Part shown: positions 1-15,000 of the stretch, piece after piece
Layout of the letters: every line of letters starts with the position of its first letter
How positions within the stretch are numbered: the stretch's first letter is position 1
Source of the DNA: Yuukianura sp. NJ FZ-2021
Lineage: Eukaryota
Reading direction: 5' to 3'
DNA length: 64,000 nt
Assembly: GCA_046563655.1 (NCBI GenBank)
Contig: CM102285.1
Span: 3,596,001-3,660,000 of the forward strand
Notes under the pieces: model-generated
What the model saw: only the letters and a program-made list of their open reading frames with translations
What the model was told of the DNA's origin: nothing
Database searches by the model: none
Position numbers and translations under genes: made by a program

Positions 1-3000
1 ACTTTGAGGTGACTTTCCGCGCGTACTTTTTAAATTCGGATTTATACAGATATTCTATTCTTGTTTTGAAAGGGTTGTATGGACCAAAGGGATCTGCTGG
101 ATCTGCATGTTGGGCCCTTAAAAGCATAAGCATATTCTATACTTAAGGGGCCTTTGGAGTTACTCATCCAGGCGAAAATACATAAATGTTGACTGGTCCT
201 TTTTCGGTTTTTAAGTTATGCATATGCATGAGGCCTTTTGCATTTCCACCATTACAATCAATACAATACATCCATTCTCTAGTTTTTTTTTCGAAGAAGC
301 ATTTTCACTGAAAGTTTTGCATGATTTAATGTTTTTATAAACTCATATTTTACATTTTATGCTTTGCAATTTATTAAAGCTGTTGAAAACATTAAACAAA
401 ACATCATTTTCAAAATAAGCGGTAAAAAGCTTTTTGAGCACAAAATGTTTACAATATCCAACCGTTTGCAAAAATTTTCAGATAGTATAAGAACATCTAT
501 ACGTAACTCTCAGAAACTATTTGTTTCGTTTTTTTTTCATTAATTTGTACTAGAACTGATATCATTAAACTTACAACCAAAAGTTCATAAAGGGGCTTTA
601 TAGCATATGTATCTTATTATTTCAAAATTCCATTTTTTGATGCGGATGCTAGGATTTTTGAATTTATAAATAAAAGGAAGCGAGGGAGAGGCGTTTTGTG
701 CCGTTTTTGCCGTGTTCCTTTATAAAAACTCATCCTTTTTGTTCGAATACATTTTCTAAAAAAAAATGGAAGAAATAATGGTCCTAATGGCTAAGGATCG
801 TAGTTCATATGGAGTTGAATGTGAAACATTGAATAAGAGAATATCTTTTTCAAACAACAATGTTTAATGTCCTTTCCACTCAACGGTATTGTTACTTTCC
901 ACACACTTTCCAGACACCCAAAGTCCCCATCCACTGGCCCAAATCGGTGAAATATTGCCACAACCGTAGGTTTTACATATGTAATTCTAGGAGCCAACAG
1001 ACCACATGGAGATACACCAGGCATAAATTAAAAATTTACTCTTAAAAATTAAAAGGGTTGCAAAACTAGTTGAAAAGAGCGGGAAACATGCTTTTTTCAA
1101 ACGCCAGGCAGCAAATAGCGTCCGTAGAATCTGTTCAACTTTATTCCAATATTTTCCACTTTTGGCATTTGCAAAAAGCAACTTTATCAACCGACCCTCT
1201 TGAAATTTTGTAAAAACAAAAAAAAATCGCTCCTGTGTAATTCTGTATTGAAAATCGTGAGGCGGAAACCAACTTTCTAACAATTTTTGAAACTTTCCCT
1301 CAGGCCGCGCATTCAGAGAACAGACTTTAGTATTTCAGAGTTAGAACTTCAGTATTTCTTATGAAGTAGATTGCTAATGCGGTATGTGCGGTTAACCGGG
1401 CATACGCAGTGCTATCGTTGTATGATCGGTATCAAGAATTCTGGACTGACGTGCATCAGTGCTGGTTTGGACCGTCAACTTTCACTTCCGAATCGATTTT
1501 GAATATTCTTGGGCAGAAGAGAAAGCAATTGGATTGTTACGGTTGAATGGAACGGGAGCTGCATGGAGGAAATAATGTATCCATACGACCAGAATTGTCG
1601 TTTTTGAAAAGAAGAGTTCTTTGCGCCAGGGAATTGGAAGTGTTTGGATTGAAGACACAATCCACCACCTCTGCAAGACCTCTCTCCCTCCCTTCTTCCA
1701 TGGATTTCTTCTATGGTTTATGTCGTCAAAGGGAAGAAAGCCCACAAGGAACCTTTCCCCTTGTACTTATGATTGAATTGGAATTGAGGGCGGTGCACTG
1801 CGGCGGTGGTTGTATGTACCCGGGAATTGGATCATGTGGAAGCAGGAGAGACTGGTGGTCTCTGGTTCCTTGGGATTTTGCATTAGGAAGCACAGTGAAC
1901 CATGACAGATTCGGAATAAGAAGGCTTTAGGTTCCTTTTGACTAGGAGAAAGCAGAGTGGAACAAGTGCACGAGACTGGAAGGAATAAATAACATATTCA
2001 GCCAACCAGGCTTTTCTCCAACCGCCATTTTGAATCCCTCCAAATTCAAACAGCCCCCGCTCAAACGCAATCTCTCAAAACTAAAAAACCCATTCTCCAA
2101 AAATTTACAATATCATATTCACTTTTACATAAGTTTTTCTCATCTTCCAACCACAAAGTAATACACCATGCCGTATACCACTAATTTATTTTTGACAAAA
2201 ACAGTGTTCTTGAAGGTAATCAGCGTATACAAGGTTATACTTCATAAATATAAAACTAACCCAACTAATACTATTTAAATTGCATTAATTTAAATTTCAA
2301 TTTCTCAACGTAAGAAATTTTGTGTTTGGATTTATTTTTTAGATTTAAAGAAATCGATCAGCTTAGCTTCACTTATGGTCAATTTTGTTATGTTTGAACA
2401 AGGTTAATAGATTCTAATGAAAGCTTTTTTTTATTAGGTTGGTTTAGGTTTTGTTACTTAGCATGAGAAAAGAGCTTATACCTGGAAGTGTGTCTGTGTC
2501 TTTAGAAGGTCAGGTTAGTTCAGTGTAGATGTAAGAAAAAATTTGTTGGGGTGCATTGTGAATACTAGAGGAAGAAGTTGCCGACATGGTGAAAGATCAT
2601 GTCGATTCTAAAAACAATTTCAAAACAAAAACCAAAATTTTCTGTTGCAGAACCTTTCAGAAGCTGCCTTTCCAAGCTACCTCCGGTTATGAACAAAGTA
2701 GCAAAGGTAGCGTTCTATTTGAAATTCCGTTGTCTTCCTATCCTCTACACTCCAAATATAACGTAGTAAGGGCAAAGGGGAAATACGCTTTTTATTCTTT
2801 AAAAGACAATTGGGAATTGCAGGGATCCGAAGTCATTGATTGCCTTTCCAGCAGAACGTCTTTCTTTTCTTTTTGAAAAAAAAAAGAACCAATTCTCCTA
2901 CTTAGCAATTCAGAACAAGTGTCGCTTCCTTTTTATCTCCAATTTGTACTGTTTAGTTCACGCAGAAACAATTGGCAAAGGCTTAACTTTTCGAAAAACT

Positions 3001-6000
3001 GAATTCCCAAGTTCAGAATATTCACACACTCAGATTTTCAAAAATGTACTCAAATTCATTCTTTCAATTCTATAAGGCCAAATTCTTTTACTTTGCCGAC
3101 AATTTTATCCTGTCCAATAACCTTTCTAAATTATACAGGCGATCCATAACGCTCTCAAGTTCAAAAATATGCTGAATTTCGTTAAAGTACTCCATAACGT
3201 ATGTTGTGTGAGACGTTTTACCTTTTCCGATAACGTTGGTAAAGGTTGCTGTTCAAAATTTATGATTTTTTTTTTTCAAAATTTTCGTTGAGTACAACTC
3301 GATTTTGGTTGAGCTGGGTTTAGGTTAGGCTAAACAAATTATGTGATTCAGGATTGAACTAGAGCACCGTGATTTCATGACTCCTGCTGGAAATTCACAA
3401 AGTGGGAGTGAGTTGGAAATATTTTATTTTGGAAACAGAAAATATATGTAAGTACGTGGAGCCTTCAATTTTCCATTTTCTTGAGGGACTCAGCGGAAGA
3501 GGAGAGAAAGCACATTTTCCGTGGAACTGCGGAGGCAGAGAGGAATAAGATTAGATTGGATTTTCTGTAGTGTCAGGTTGTTACACGGGGCTTTCCTTTC
3601 ATTTTTCCAAAAGAACTTGGAATAACCCTCTCTCTTCCCTTAGCCTAACTCCCATAACCTAACATTGTTCAACCTAACGGTATAACCTAACGTAGAGTAA
3701 GATGAAAAGGCGTTAGGCATCGCGCCCTTCCCTGCTTTTCCTTGGACTTAATGCTCTCCCTCGATGGCACAATGAGACTCTACGGAAAAGCATTCTTTCC
3801 CTAAGTCTCTCCTCTGTCGAGAAATGGAAATTGAGCATCAATCTTGCCCGTACGTAGTCGTAAATCATAAATGTACTCGTGTGGAGTACAACAAAAGACG
3901 TGCAGAAACGCAGTCAATATTCTAAAAGATGAAAAAAAGTGAAGCTTTAGCGCTACAACAAAAGTTGATGAGATGTGGGATATCTTTGGATTTTAAGTTT
4001 CATTTTCAAAGTAAGAGTAAATAGACTTATGGTGTGTTGAGTTCATACAGGAGAAGCATTGAAGTAATGGAGGATGGTGATGATGATGAGGGATCTGCGG
4101 GTGACAGTGTCAGTTGATGAGTGATGATGATGTACGGAGAGTTATGCGCGGTAATGACACGGCGATTTTCTCACCGTGAAGAATACCGCGCGGTTGCGTA
4201 GCGGGGTGCTAAATTTCAAATTAGCAATAGTCTGTCTGTCAAAAATGATCAGTTGGAAGTGTCACGTTTCAAAATTTTAAAATGAAATCATCAAGGATGT
4301 CAAGAACTTAGAAAAAAACAAACAAAAACTTACTTATGAGCTTAAAATTTTGAACAATTCGTATTGTGTGTTGTCGACAACAGTTGGCGTAGAAAGTGAA
4401 ATGTTGTCCAACTTTTTTTGACGAAGAGACTTTTTCTGTTTTTTTTTGTTTTTTTCGAAATTGTTATTTATCTGATGCTTTAGATTCACTTTACAAAGGC
4501 AGAAAAGTGTAAAATGTTGTTTCTGATTTGTTTCTGTTAATTAGGAGCGTCCTTCCCTTTGTTTTGGGTCAACTGTAGACTTAGTTATAGCCTACGATAG
4601 TTAATTGCTCTTCGTAAACGAGATTTTTTTTTTTTCAAAAAATTTACTGCTTAACTAACTTTTTCAAAAAAAAATTTACTCCTTTGTTCTTATTTTTAAT
4701 GAGTACAAAGACCCATGTAACAACTGTTTTGCACAGAAAGGTAATTTAGATTGTTTGATTGACGTGGGAAATGCGCCGTGTTTTGAACAGAGAAAGAAAC
4801 TCTGCGCGCCGCTTTTGGCATTTATGGGCGGAAGTGGTTGTTCTGCGTGCAGCAGGCTGCAAAACTTTTTTTTCTAAACAGAGCACCTACAGCTTCCTAT
4901 TCATTTTTAAAATTGTTAAAAAAGTTTAAGCAAAAACTTATTTTCCATAAATTATCACCCGAGTACTCGTAGAAATTGAGGGAGCGTGGAAGAGGACTTG
5001 TGATTAACAGAAGAGCTCTCTAATAAATCAAGATGACACGGGGTGGACCCTTGGCCAAACCCCAAGGATCCTCCGAAGGTACCCTTACAAGGGTACCTCT
5101 CTGGATACCTCTTTCTAAAAATACAAAAACAGACAACTAACCCTTTGAGCCCTTGGTTTTCACAGGCTCCATTTGCATGATACTAACAGCGATGCATCCA
5201 TACAGATTCACGTTTCAGTTTCATTTCCAGGTTCCAATTCCCTGACTTTGAAAAATGGAAAGTTATTGAGAGGATGTGATGTGCATTAAATTCAATACTT
5301 TTGGTTACATCGTTTTTGCATCACTACACTTTTCAGGAATTGTTGGAAAAGGGTTTCAGGTTAGGCTACGTTAGTTAGGTTATGTAAGTTGGATTATGCG
5401 GAAAAAGCTATGAGTCTGGAGTGGCTAATGGGTGTACGCGGAGAGTTACGAGGTTAACCGTTAACTAGGCTGATTTCAAAACTTGGTTTCAAAAACTACG
5501 AATAGTTTTAGAAAAATCTGGTGTGTTTTTTTTTTAACGCACCGACGAATTTTATGAAGCGGGTTTTTTTTTAATTGTCGGAGAATTTTTAAATGCACTT
5601 GGAGAAAGCAACGCTTTTCGTAAGTGTACAAAAGTTTACTGCATGACCCTCTTGAAACTGCACAAAAGTGGTGTTTGAATGTGTTTGAATTTTTTGTGCA
5701 TTATCCTTCGAGGCAGAGACTCATATCCTGCCTTGTGTAATATCCTTTTGGCCCTGGGTTTCTGGAGTTGATGGGATTCCATATGAAGGGGTTTAGCTTG
5801 ACTTTCTTCCATGACTTTCTCCATGTGCTCCAGGACATTGTGGCTCCTCATCCTTCAACTTACTTCCCGGAGACTTTCACCATAAGGCTTCTGAACAATA
5901 TGACAAAACATAAAAATGCAGGAGTTCAAATAGCCTTGCATGTCGTAGGTTACCTCCCGCTGTTAACTTTCAAGTATACTGAAATCTAACAGAACAGAAA

Positions 6001-9000
6001 AATAAGAAAAAGCTCAAAAAAAAATATTAAAATGAGAGTATTCAGAATTCTTTGTTGAATTTTTAAAGAAAAAAGAACAAGTTTAGAATTGTATGCTCCA
6101 AAGCAGACTCATGTTAAAGTGCCAAAAAAATTTGTAAGAAAATTTAACAACCCGATGAAAAATAGTAAAGCTCCGTCGTATTGCAAAGTTTTACTATGTC
6201 CAATATCAAATTTTTAAGTAGAAGGCAAGAATGTTCTATTTCAAAAGTAGTTTTACGGAAAGTGAGAGGGCGATTCAGTATGATCTTCGTCGTTTCCACT
6301 TGAGGACTTTTGAGAATTTGCGCTTGAAGGTAGAGAGTGTGTGGGAATAGATGGGAATTGGTCGAAGGTCTTGAAGCACTTGGAAGTGTTACTTCCTGCC
6401 AAATACTGTACAATTGGAAAGGCGGAAAGGGATTTAACTTTCTCCCAATTCCAACCTAAGGCAAAGCCACTGGAGAAAGCATGGGTAGGGCTAAGGCGGG
6501 GGCGGTGTTTAGTATCACCTCTGCGGGGAACCGATTTACGATATCTCTTTTCTGAATCTTCCGTTTTCTTATTTTTTGCTCTATTAGAAAAAGGCGGGAA
6601 AAGAAATTTTATTACCAAGTTCTTGCAAAGGCTACACAATTTCGGTTGTGATTTGTGAAGATGAACCAGGTTGACTTTATTATGGCACAGATACATAATT
6701 TTCAATTTTTAAAATTAGCGTGTTTAAGTTTATTTCAGCAACATTGCTAGAGAATCTCAAAATATTTCATGCGAGTTAATTTGAATATTTTAGTTACGAA
6801 ATCAATATCCAACAGGTTTTTACGTAATAATGAAGAGGAATGTGTGGTTATGTTAAATTATTCTTTGTAATTATACAAATTAATTTTCTTTAGTATACTT
6901 ATTTGATAATTTGTGTTAATACACCGCGCTTATTAAACGTGAACGCAAATGCAAAATTTGAAAAAATTAAAATTTCTAATAAACAAAAAATTGTTATCTA
7001 ACATCTCGACAATAAAAATAAAATTTTGGATTTAAAAAAAAATAAAAAAAAAAAATACTGACAAAATAAAAACGCTATGGGATCGTGGATATGCTGCATG
7101 CAGCGTATAATTCCAATTTTCACTTCTTTTTTTTTGTAACTTTTGTTTGTAAATTTTTGCATGAAAATGAACATGGCATGCGAAACGTGTCAATGTTGTT
7201 GACAGGAGGATTGTGCTGAAACAGCAAATTATTGACACAAAAAGTGGGAAGATGATGAGGAACGGAAGTACAGCTAGCATTTACAGCCTATAGATGTTAA
7301 GTTAGGTTTTAAAATTCTGCAGTTGCATGTTTTGCACAACTCGGAATTAAATAATTGCAAAACCAAAATTATTGTTATTACTTCTCTCCCTACGATGTCA
7401 AAAATCCGGTGGCATGGAACATCCCATCTTCATTTCAGATGAAATTATAACATGTTCTTATAGTTACTAAGAGGAAAAGGTGATAATGACCAGTTCCCAT
7501 GCTCCCATCACCTGCTCCATCCTTGCTATTTTATAATTTGCAAAATCCAAATTCCTCTTTGCCAAAACTCACAATTTTATGAACAAAAAAACCAGCCGAA
7601 AGTTTGTTGGGTCCGTTTAAAACAAGATTTCAAAGCCAAAAACCACAACCCCTTTAATTGCTTAGCCATTTGAAGAGAAAACATTAAACTTCTGTTCCCA
7701 TTCCTACCACGCACTATGCTCAAACTAATTAATCCTGGTCTACCTCTCTACACTGCAACTATTGTACATGCTCAAAGTAGCCAAAAGAAAAAAATGCGAA
7801 CATTCATTTATCTGATCCTAAAATTCGTAATCACTTTATTCTGGCGCCAAAATTTGTTTTCTATTCCAAACAAAGAAAAAAGTAGGAATAAAAAGTAATT
7901 ACCTCTAACTCAATGAAAATTTAGCTTTTTGAACTTTTCTGAAAAAAATTGTGTTGCAATGTACAGTAGGTTCAAATGCACAGTCAAATTTAGCAACGCT
8001 GTGAACTTTCACCAGAATTCCTAGCTTCGATTTTTTTTCATTAAATTTTGGACCTTACGTGTGTCGCTGTTGAATAGTATCTTATTCAACAGTGGTTGCT
8101 TTGTAAGCAAAATCGCTTTGAAGCGTCTTTCGGTGTTGTAAAACAGCGATTCCAACGTCATCTATAAATAGACGCGTGGAGAAAGCTGAGATCAGAATGA
8201 TGCTGCATCTCCATCTGTCGCCCGAAACCCGCTTTTCACTTTGCCATGATTTGGATGAGATGGGGTTAGGTTAGGGTTAGAACGCTACCTGTTCTTGTTC
8301 TAAACAAAATTTTTAAATAAATAATTTTCAAAATTTTCTATTCATGATTTTTATTATTCGAATTTGTTTTAAAAATTTATGGTAGAATTTACTTATCTAT
8401 CAAGTAGAATCAGAGTGTTGTCTGTTGTTGCTGGAAGGGAATCACTGTCAGCATCAGTTTCCTAAATTAGAGAAAGATGCGACTCAAGAGTAGTTCAGTT
8501 TTTAGTTTGTTGGTATCTTACATCTACATCACCGCAAGGCCTATTGCAAACGAAACAATTCCACACAGAGCGAGCTTTTTTTATATTTATTTGCTTGAAC
8601 ACTTAATTAAAATTAATGGTGTAAGGAGTGGTAAATTGTTCTAGTGGACAAGAAACTAATTTAAAGGAATCTTGCAATATTCACAAACAGACAAAAAAAT
8701 ATGTTGAAATGTTCAGTGAACGTGAGTGGGATGGGATTTGGTTGGGCGCGTGGCAGGCAAGTAGACGGCCTTCACAAATCGGCCTAACTTTTTCAAAATC
8801 CAAAAAAGTGTCAAATTATCTTTTGTTACAAAAACCGTTCAAGTGCCTACGAACCCTATGTGGTTTTTAAGGGCACAATGGACCTTTCAAACCGTTTAGT
8901 GTGCTTCTTTTGATAAAATTGAAACATTCAAAAAGAAAAACCGCTGAGGTTTCCGAAAAATTGAGAAACTTGTTTTACAATTTTCACTTATTTTAAGTTT

Positions 9001-12000
9001 TTTTTCTTAGACATGACTTACAACTTTCACTTTCATATCGCTTTCATAATTTTTTTTTTTTTGGTTTTTCTCAAACAATAATCTTAATCGAACGGTTTGC
9101 GAAATAGGGTATGAAGAACAATTATAATAGTTGACGCACATGTACATGTTGCACGGATTTGCGTAGTTAAAAGTCACACGTAGTTAACAACTCAATTGCA
9201 TATGCCGGTGAGGTGAAATTGCGTCAACTGATAGTTCGACAATCAATGCTTCTAAGGTCAAAAAGAATTTGCGTCATCTAAAAATTCAAATTCGAAAACA
9301 ATGAACGCGATTCAGAATTGCTACAATTTGCAACTCGGTTTTAAGCATTGATGCTCGTGCGCGAGAAAAAGAATTTTTGGTCTAAAGAAAATCAACGCTG
9401 AAAACAAGTTTTATAATGAGACTTGACAGGTATTAAGGAATTTAGGAGTTGACCTCTCGTCAGAGTTGACCTCATGAATAATTTCTGTAGAGTATAATGA
9501 TGCATTTGGCTGTCAAGGCTTTCTGCAAAGTGTCATTTGTCTTTTCACCTACAATTGTTACCCCCACTGCGGTAGCTTTTACGTTTTGCATATGGCATGT
9601 CAAGAGACTTAAATTGTAAAATATTACCAGTCAAGAACACAATCTCTACTACAATCTACGTGACCTTTTCAGTTGACCTCATCCGTCAACACGCCTCAAA
9701 TGAATGGTTCATGTGGGATCACGCAGAAAATGGTGGCGCGATTATCATCACCATCATCATCATTCCTTTCAAACCACCTTGCCGAACCTAGCTTACGGCA
9801 TTTATCAACGGCAATCCTTAAAAGCTGAGTGGTCTGTCCTTTGCAGTAATTCTGCTACATGTAATGACATTTTGAGCCTTTTAGCATGTTACTAAAACGT
9901 AGTTCAGGGTGACTAAACCTCTGAATTTCTGAATTTGAAATGAGGTTTGGGTTTCTGGTAACTGGGCGTGTCGCTTTTGCACAAAGGTGTGAGACTGGTT
10001 GTCTCCATGGCTTGTCGAACAATCTTACCATTCTGACTAATGACTTCTGTGCATGTTGGCAGCCGGGTCTTGTTACCAACTCTACACTAAGTTTTTAGAG
10101 CAGAAGTCGACCACCTTAAGTACTTTTTGAAAATTGGACGCGGTAATTTTGAAGTCAAGACGTTGAGAAGTATAACCGATTTGTAGCATGTAATTGCCTC
10201 GAACCAGAAACATTTTGTTGGGTCAAGTATTACTGTAGTCAGCCGCAGCCATTCATTTCAGTGTCAGCCACAAGCGATTGATCAACAAACAGTTTTTCAC
10301 GTGCTGACGATGACAGAAACTAAAAAAGAACAAAAACGCTTGAGGCAAAATTCAAATTTTGGAATTTGAAAATTCCTGAGACTAAACTTCAACTCTATTG
10401 AACGTTGTTCTTGGTGAACAGCAGCCATGCTATCCCGGTAGCACAAATGTGTTAAATGCCTTAGCAAACAATAAAAAAAAACAATGGCCACTTAAATCCT
10501 ATGCAAATATTGGCGTTCCTTTTACATTCCTCAGTGCAATTAAAGCCTTTCTTTGTAAACTAAAAGCATAATAACAAAAATGTCCTTTTTTTTAAAATTT
10601 GTGTTCTGGTTTTACCTGTTGTTCAAAAACATTTGACCCAAACCTTAAGCACTTTTATTGGCAGTTTTCGGTTTTAAATACATGATTTAAAATAGTTTGC
10701 CATAATCTCAAAAACAACAAAATGAAAAAAAATTGTTTTTTTCACAAATAAAGTTGAATTAAAAACGAGATTTTGCTAAACCGGCATGAAATATAACGAT
10801 CCTAACGTAAAAGTTTAAGAAAAATTTACATAAACCTGAAAATCATTAGTTCAAAGCAAGTTTGATCAACCTAACCCTAGCGCACGTGGTTTACAAATGC
10901 GAATTTTGAACTTTGGTTGCTTTAAATGAAGAACAGTGTGCAAATTTACGAGAAAATTTCACATCGCAACCCGATTCATGAAACAAAGAATTTGCATTTT
11001 AATGCAAATCAAAAATTTTGAACTAAAACTTTAATTTTTTTTGTATTTTTTCATTCAAATTTCAGTGCAATTTTTATTGATACATCTATAAAATATCAAA
11101 TAATAGAACAAATTTAATCAAACTTTGAACTTAACACAATTGCAAAATCTAAATTTCAATTTGTAGTTTAGATTGTACTTACGTTTTGTAGCTAGCTAAA
11201 AGCAAAATTTTCAAAGTTTGAACAAATTGTGAAGCAAAGTTTCAATTTACAGCAAACATTCTCATCGTCAGTTTAAATTTCTTAACTCTGTAATGCTCTT
11301 AACCAAAAAGCTTCAAAAGCTGAAACAACTTCAGTGTAAAGTTTTATCTTCGCTGCAGGAAACCGAGATACTTTGGCTTCCGCTCGGTTGGTTTGCACTC
11401 TCAGGTTATCCGGATTTGATCCAAAAGGAATTCAAAACTTCCTCGATCAAAAACTCCTTAGTTAGTTTTTTGTCGCTAGGAAAGGAACCAAGGGATCTTG
11501 GATTACATTCTAAGGGCCACTTTTTATACAGGAATCCATGTTAACAGATACGTTCAAAATCCAAAGTAAAGAGTTGAAGATGCCGTTGTACACTTTGTGT
11601 TGAGATGCGGTTAGGCACCGTGGCTGAGGATCTTCTTCACCTTGAGTCTCCCATCAAGAACACATTGACCTCAGAATAGCGTCTGGTGGGCACCATAAAA
11701 AATATGCTTGTGGGTGTGGAGAGCTTTGGATTTGAAAGTGCCCAACGGCTCTTGGGATGTTGAATTATTCGGCTGCTGAAGCTGCATGAACAAGATCTTC
11801 TACCAAGGTGAAGTGGGGAGATGATCAAGAAATGGTCCAAAGTGTTTGGGCGGAGGTGGACTTAGCGTCTGGTACGAATATAATGAAATTGGACTTTTGA
11901 TACACATGCTCATACATGGAATACACGGGAACATTAAGGATACTTGGAATGTAAATTGGGATTAGGAACAATGATGAGCTTTGGGTGATGGTTCATTGAA

Positions 12001-15000
12001 CAATTGGAGACTTACGAAACCGAGATGGCCGGAAGCTTTGAAACATCTTCGGAGCATTCCGGGACATTCTGAGCGGAAACTATTAGACAACACTAGTACA
12101 TGCAAAGCTTTACATGAACATTTTATTCCAACGTTGTACGCAACGTATTCGTTATTAGCGTGTCCGTCCAATAACGTCATGTCACATGTTCTGCTGGTCT
12201 CGGTAGTTGGCGGTATGAACAATGAAAATGGACGTCTCCATCCTTGGAATTGAGCTTCTTACAAGTATGAATTTCTGCGTCTTCCAAATATGGATCTTTA
12301 AGGCTTTCATTGTGTTATGCGAGACTTTAGAGATTGTTTGATTGTTTTAGGGCTTTTGGGCTCCATAAAACTTTTGTCTTAAGTTTGCACACTTTTGGAC
12401 ATTGATAGTGGAGAAAACTTTGTTGGGTTAATTGGTTGGTGTTGTTAGCATTGTTTTGTGTAGGCGGAGTGTAGGAGGAACTGGCAAATATTTCAAACCT
12501 TTGGCGACTCCAAAAAATTCTGCTTTTGCTGTTTTCTCATTGTTGTTTGTTTTATAGTTATATTTCATTTATCTTTTGTTGCTACTTTATTTCATCTATG
12601 TTTTTTTTCAAACAAATTTTGTTTATATTAAAGCAATGTTATATCAACACTCTATGTTATACTGTACATTGACATGAGTGAGTACGATACGCCAAATGTA
12701 TGTTTTATGTAAATTCGTAACCTTTAGAGGTCAATGACCGAACGATTTTGGTTATATCAAAACGTACTTCCTGGAAACGGAAGTTACCCCATGCTGATGC
12801 CATAGCGTGGGAGGATTTTTTTTTGAAAAAAAAAAGAAAAAAACTATCAGTTCAGTTGAACTCCTGTAGCGACTTTTTTTTTTAATTTTGGTCGCATGTA
12901 ACTGATGTTGCTGATTGTAAATTGGTTTGCTGAGCAACATTTTTTAATGGTTGATTTTTTGAGCATGTCAGAATTCTTACATCAGAGTCTGAGTTACAGC
13001 TTTTTGGCTCTTGAAAAAAAAATGAAGAAAAGGATTGGCTCATCATTATTCAGACAACGTCTCCCATGAGACGAAATGACCCTGTGCACAAAGGTGTGGG
13101 AGACTTGAAAATAAATTACGAAAATGTTATTTTTCTACAATACTTCTTGGTACGGCACTAATTCAAACATTTTTCAGTTTTGAGTGTCAAAACATCTGTG
13201 TTACAATACAATTTAAAATTTGGAAAAATAATACCACCAGACACAGTTTCGTTAACGAGAAAAATGTGACAAGGTTTAAATTATGTGGAAAGTCATAATC
13301 GCATGGAATTAGGAATTGCTTAGTAATTACAATCCGCACGCAAAATTACTTTTTTTTAAGTTTGCTAAAACTTTCTATTACGAGTTCAAAATTTTGAAAA
13401 AGGAGCAAATTTTGCAATCTTTCAACATTTTATCTCTCAGTTCTAAATTGCAGCTTCGAAATAAATATGTCGAAGAAACTCTAAAAAATTAATTTTTTTA
13501 GTATGTAAATGTTTTCACAAATTACACTCATCGATTTTTTTTTTTTTGAAAATTTGGTAGCAACCTGTCTCTGTTTTATCGGCATGGCACCTTTCATAAT
13601 CTTGGATTCGAATCAATTCAGCTCATAATTTATGGGTTTGAAACTTGGAATTACTTCATTACAGATTGAGGAGTGGAGCTCTTATTTTTGAGTCTTAAAA
13701 AACTTCAATTCTCACTCTTCAAGTACCGCGCTGACAATAAAAAGCCAGAACGGCAAAAATTTTTAAATTCTTAAATTTTTTTTCAAAAATTTCTAAATGT
13801 GCGAAATTTGGTGCATTAATTCATTGGTGAGATGCTAATAATTTGGAAATTAATTTTTCTAAAGAACCGCCAAAAAAGTTTGTTTTTAAAATGTTCACTT
13901 TTTGTTGTTCCGCTCTGTACATTGGAAAGATGCCCATTAATTACGGTCCAAGCGTCTCAGGTCCTATTTCTAGCCATTAACCAAAACTTTAATGCGTGAC
14001 TGGAGGTGATTGGACAATTTTGGAGGTTCCTCAAGCAAAACTGTGCTATAACCATAATTTTCAAAAAATAATAATTTTACTAACCAAAAAATTAGCCATA
14101 ATAAACTCTGTTTTCGGGATACGTAGAGAAACCTCATGTAGTTTTATTACCACAATCCTACAAGCTTGCTTTCTCTCTCATGTGCCACATGAGGGAAACA
14201 TTACATTCGGCATTTCCAAAATAATTGCAAATCAGTTTTATGTTTTACGCAGCAGTATTAGTTTTGGGCAGATTGTTAACGTCTCATAAAATCCCCACAA
14301 ATGGAAAACCATAATGTTTTATCATATTTTTGCTGTTGTAAAATCTTGTTCTCATTTCTGAAAAATCCAAACAATAATTTCAATTTTTCAAAAATGACAG
14401 TTTCATTTGAATGAAACGCAGACGGAAAAAAGTTTTAGGCAAAACCGTAAAAAAAAATATTCTTATAAAAGCGAAAAAACTAAACTTAGCTAACCTAAAC
14501 CAAAAAAATCTGGCGGACAGTCAAACATAATTTTTCTCTACACATTTTGTTGACAAACTTTTTTTTTGTTCATTTGCAGGAAAGTTTGTGGGAGGTGACA
14601 ATTGGAGATGCACTTTCGCCGGTTTGAGAATCAGATCAATAGACGCATGGCAAAACCAACTTTCTCCCACACTTCCATGGCGGGTAAGTCACTTTGTTTG
14701 GAGTTGCCCATTCGGTTTTTTCGGATTCGGAAAACGCCGGTTCCGACTTTAGGGAAGAAAATGGGAAAGCGGAAGTTGTAAGCGGAGGAAGACAGCGGAA
14801 GAGGGCGGGTGGCTGCAGCCTTTTCGTGGTTACTGAGGCTGCGACGAGTCGGTTTGTCCGAAGTCATTGGATGGAATGGGTCGGAAGTAGGCGGTGACCC
14901 ACCTCGACACCCCCGACAGCTTTCCAAACCTAGGTTAGATTGAGCTTTTTGAACTGAAGTTGCCCAAGAACTTACCCAAATCCCCACGAGATCCACACTC

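Noticed and set aside
11945..11955. TGGAATGTAAA resembling the start of miR-1
   Set aside because: Only 11 nt match and no complementary arm seen.
14989..15000. AGATCCACACTC resembling part of miR-279
   Set aside because: The seed (GACTAGA) is missing and no hairpin partner is evident.
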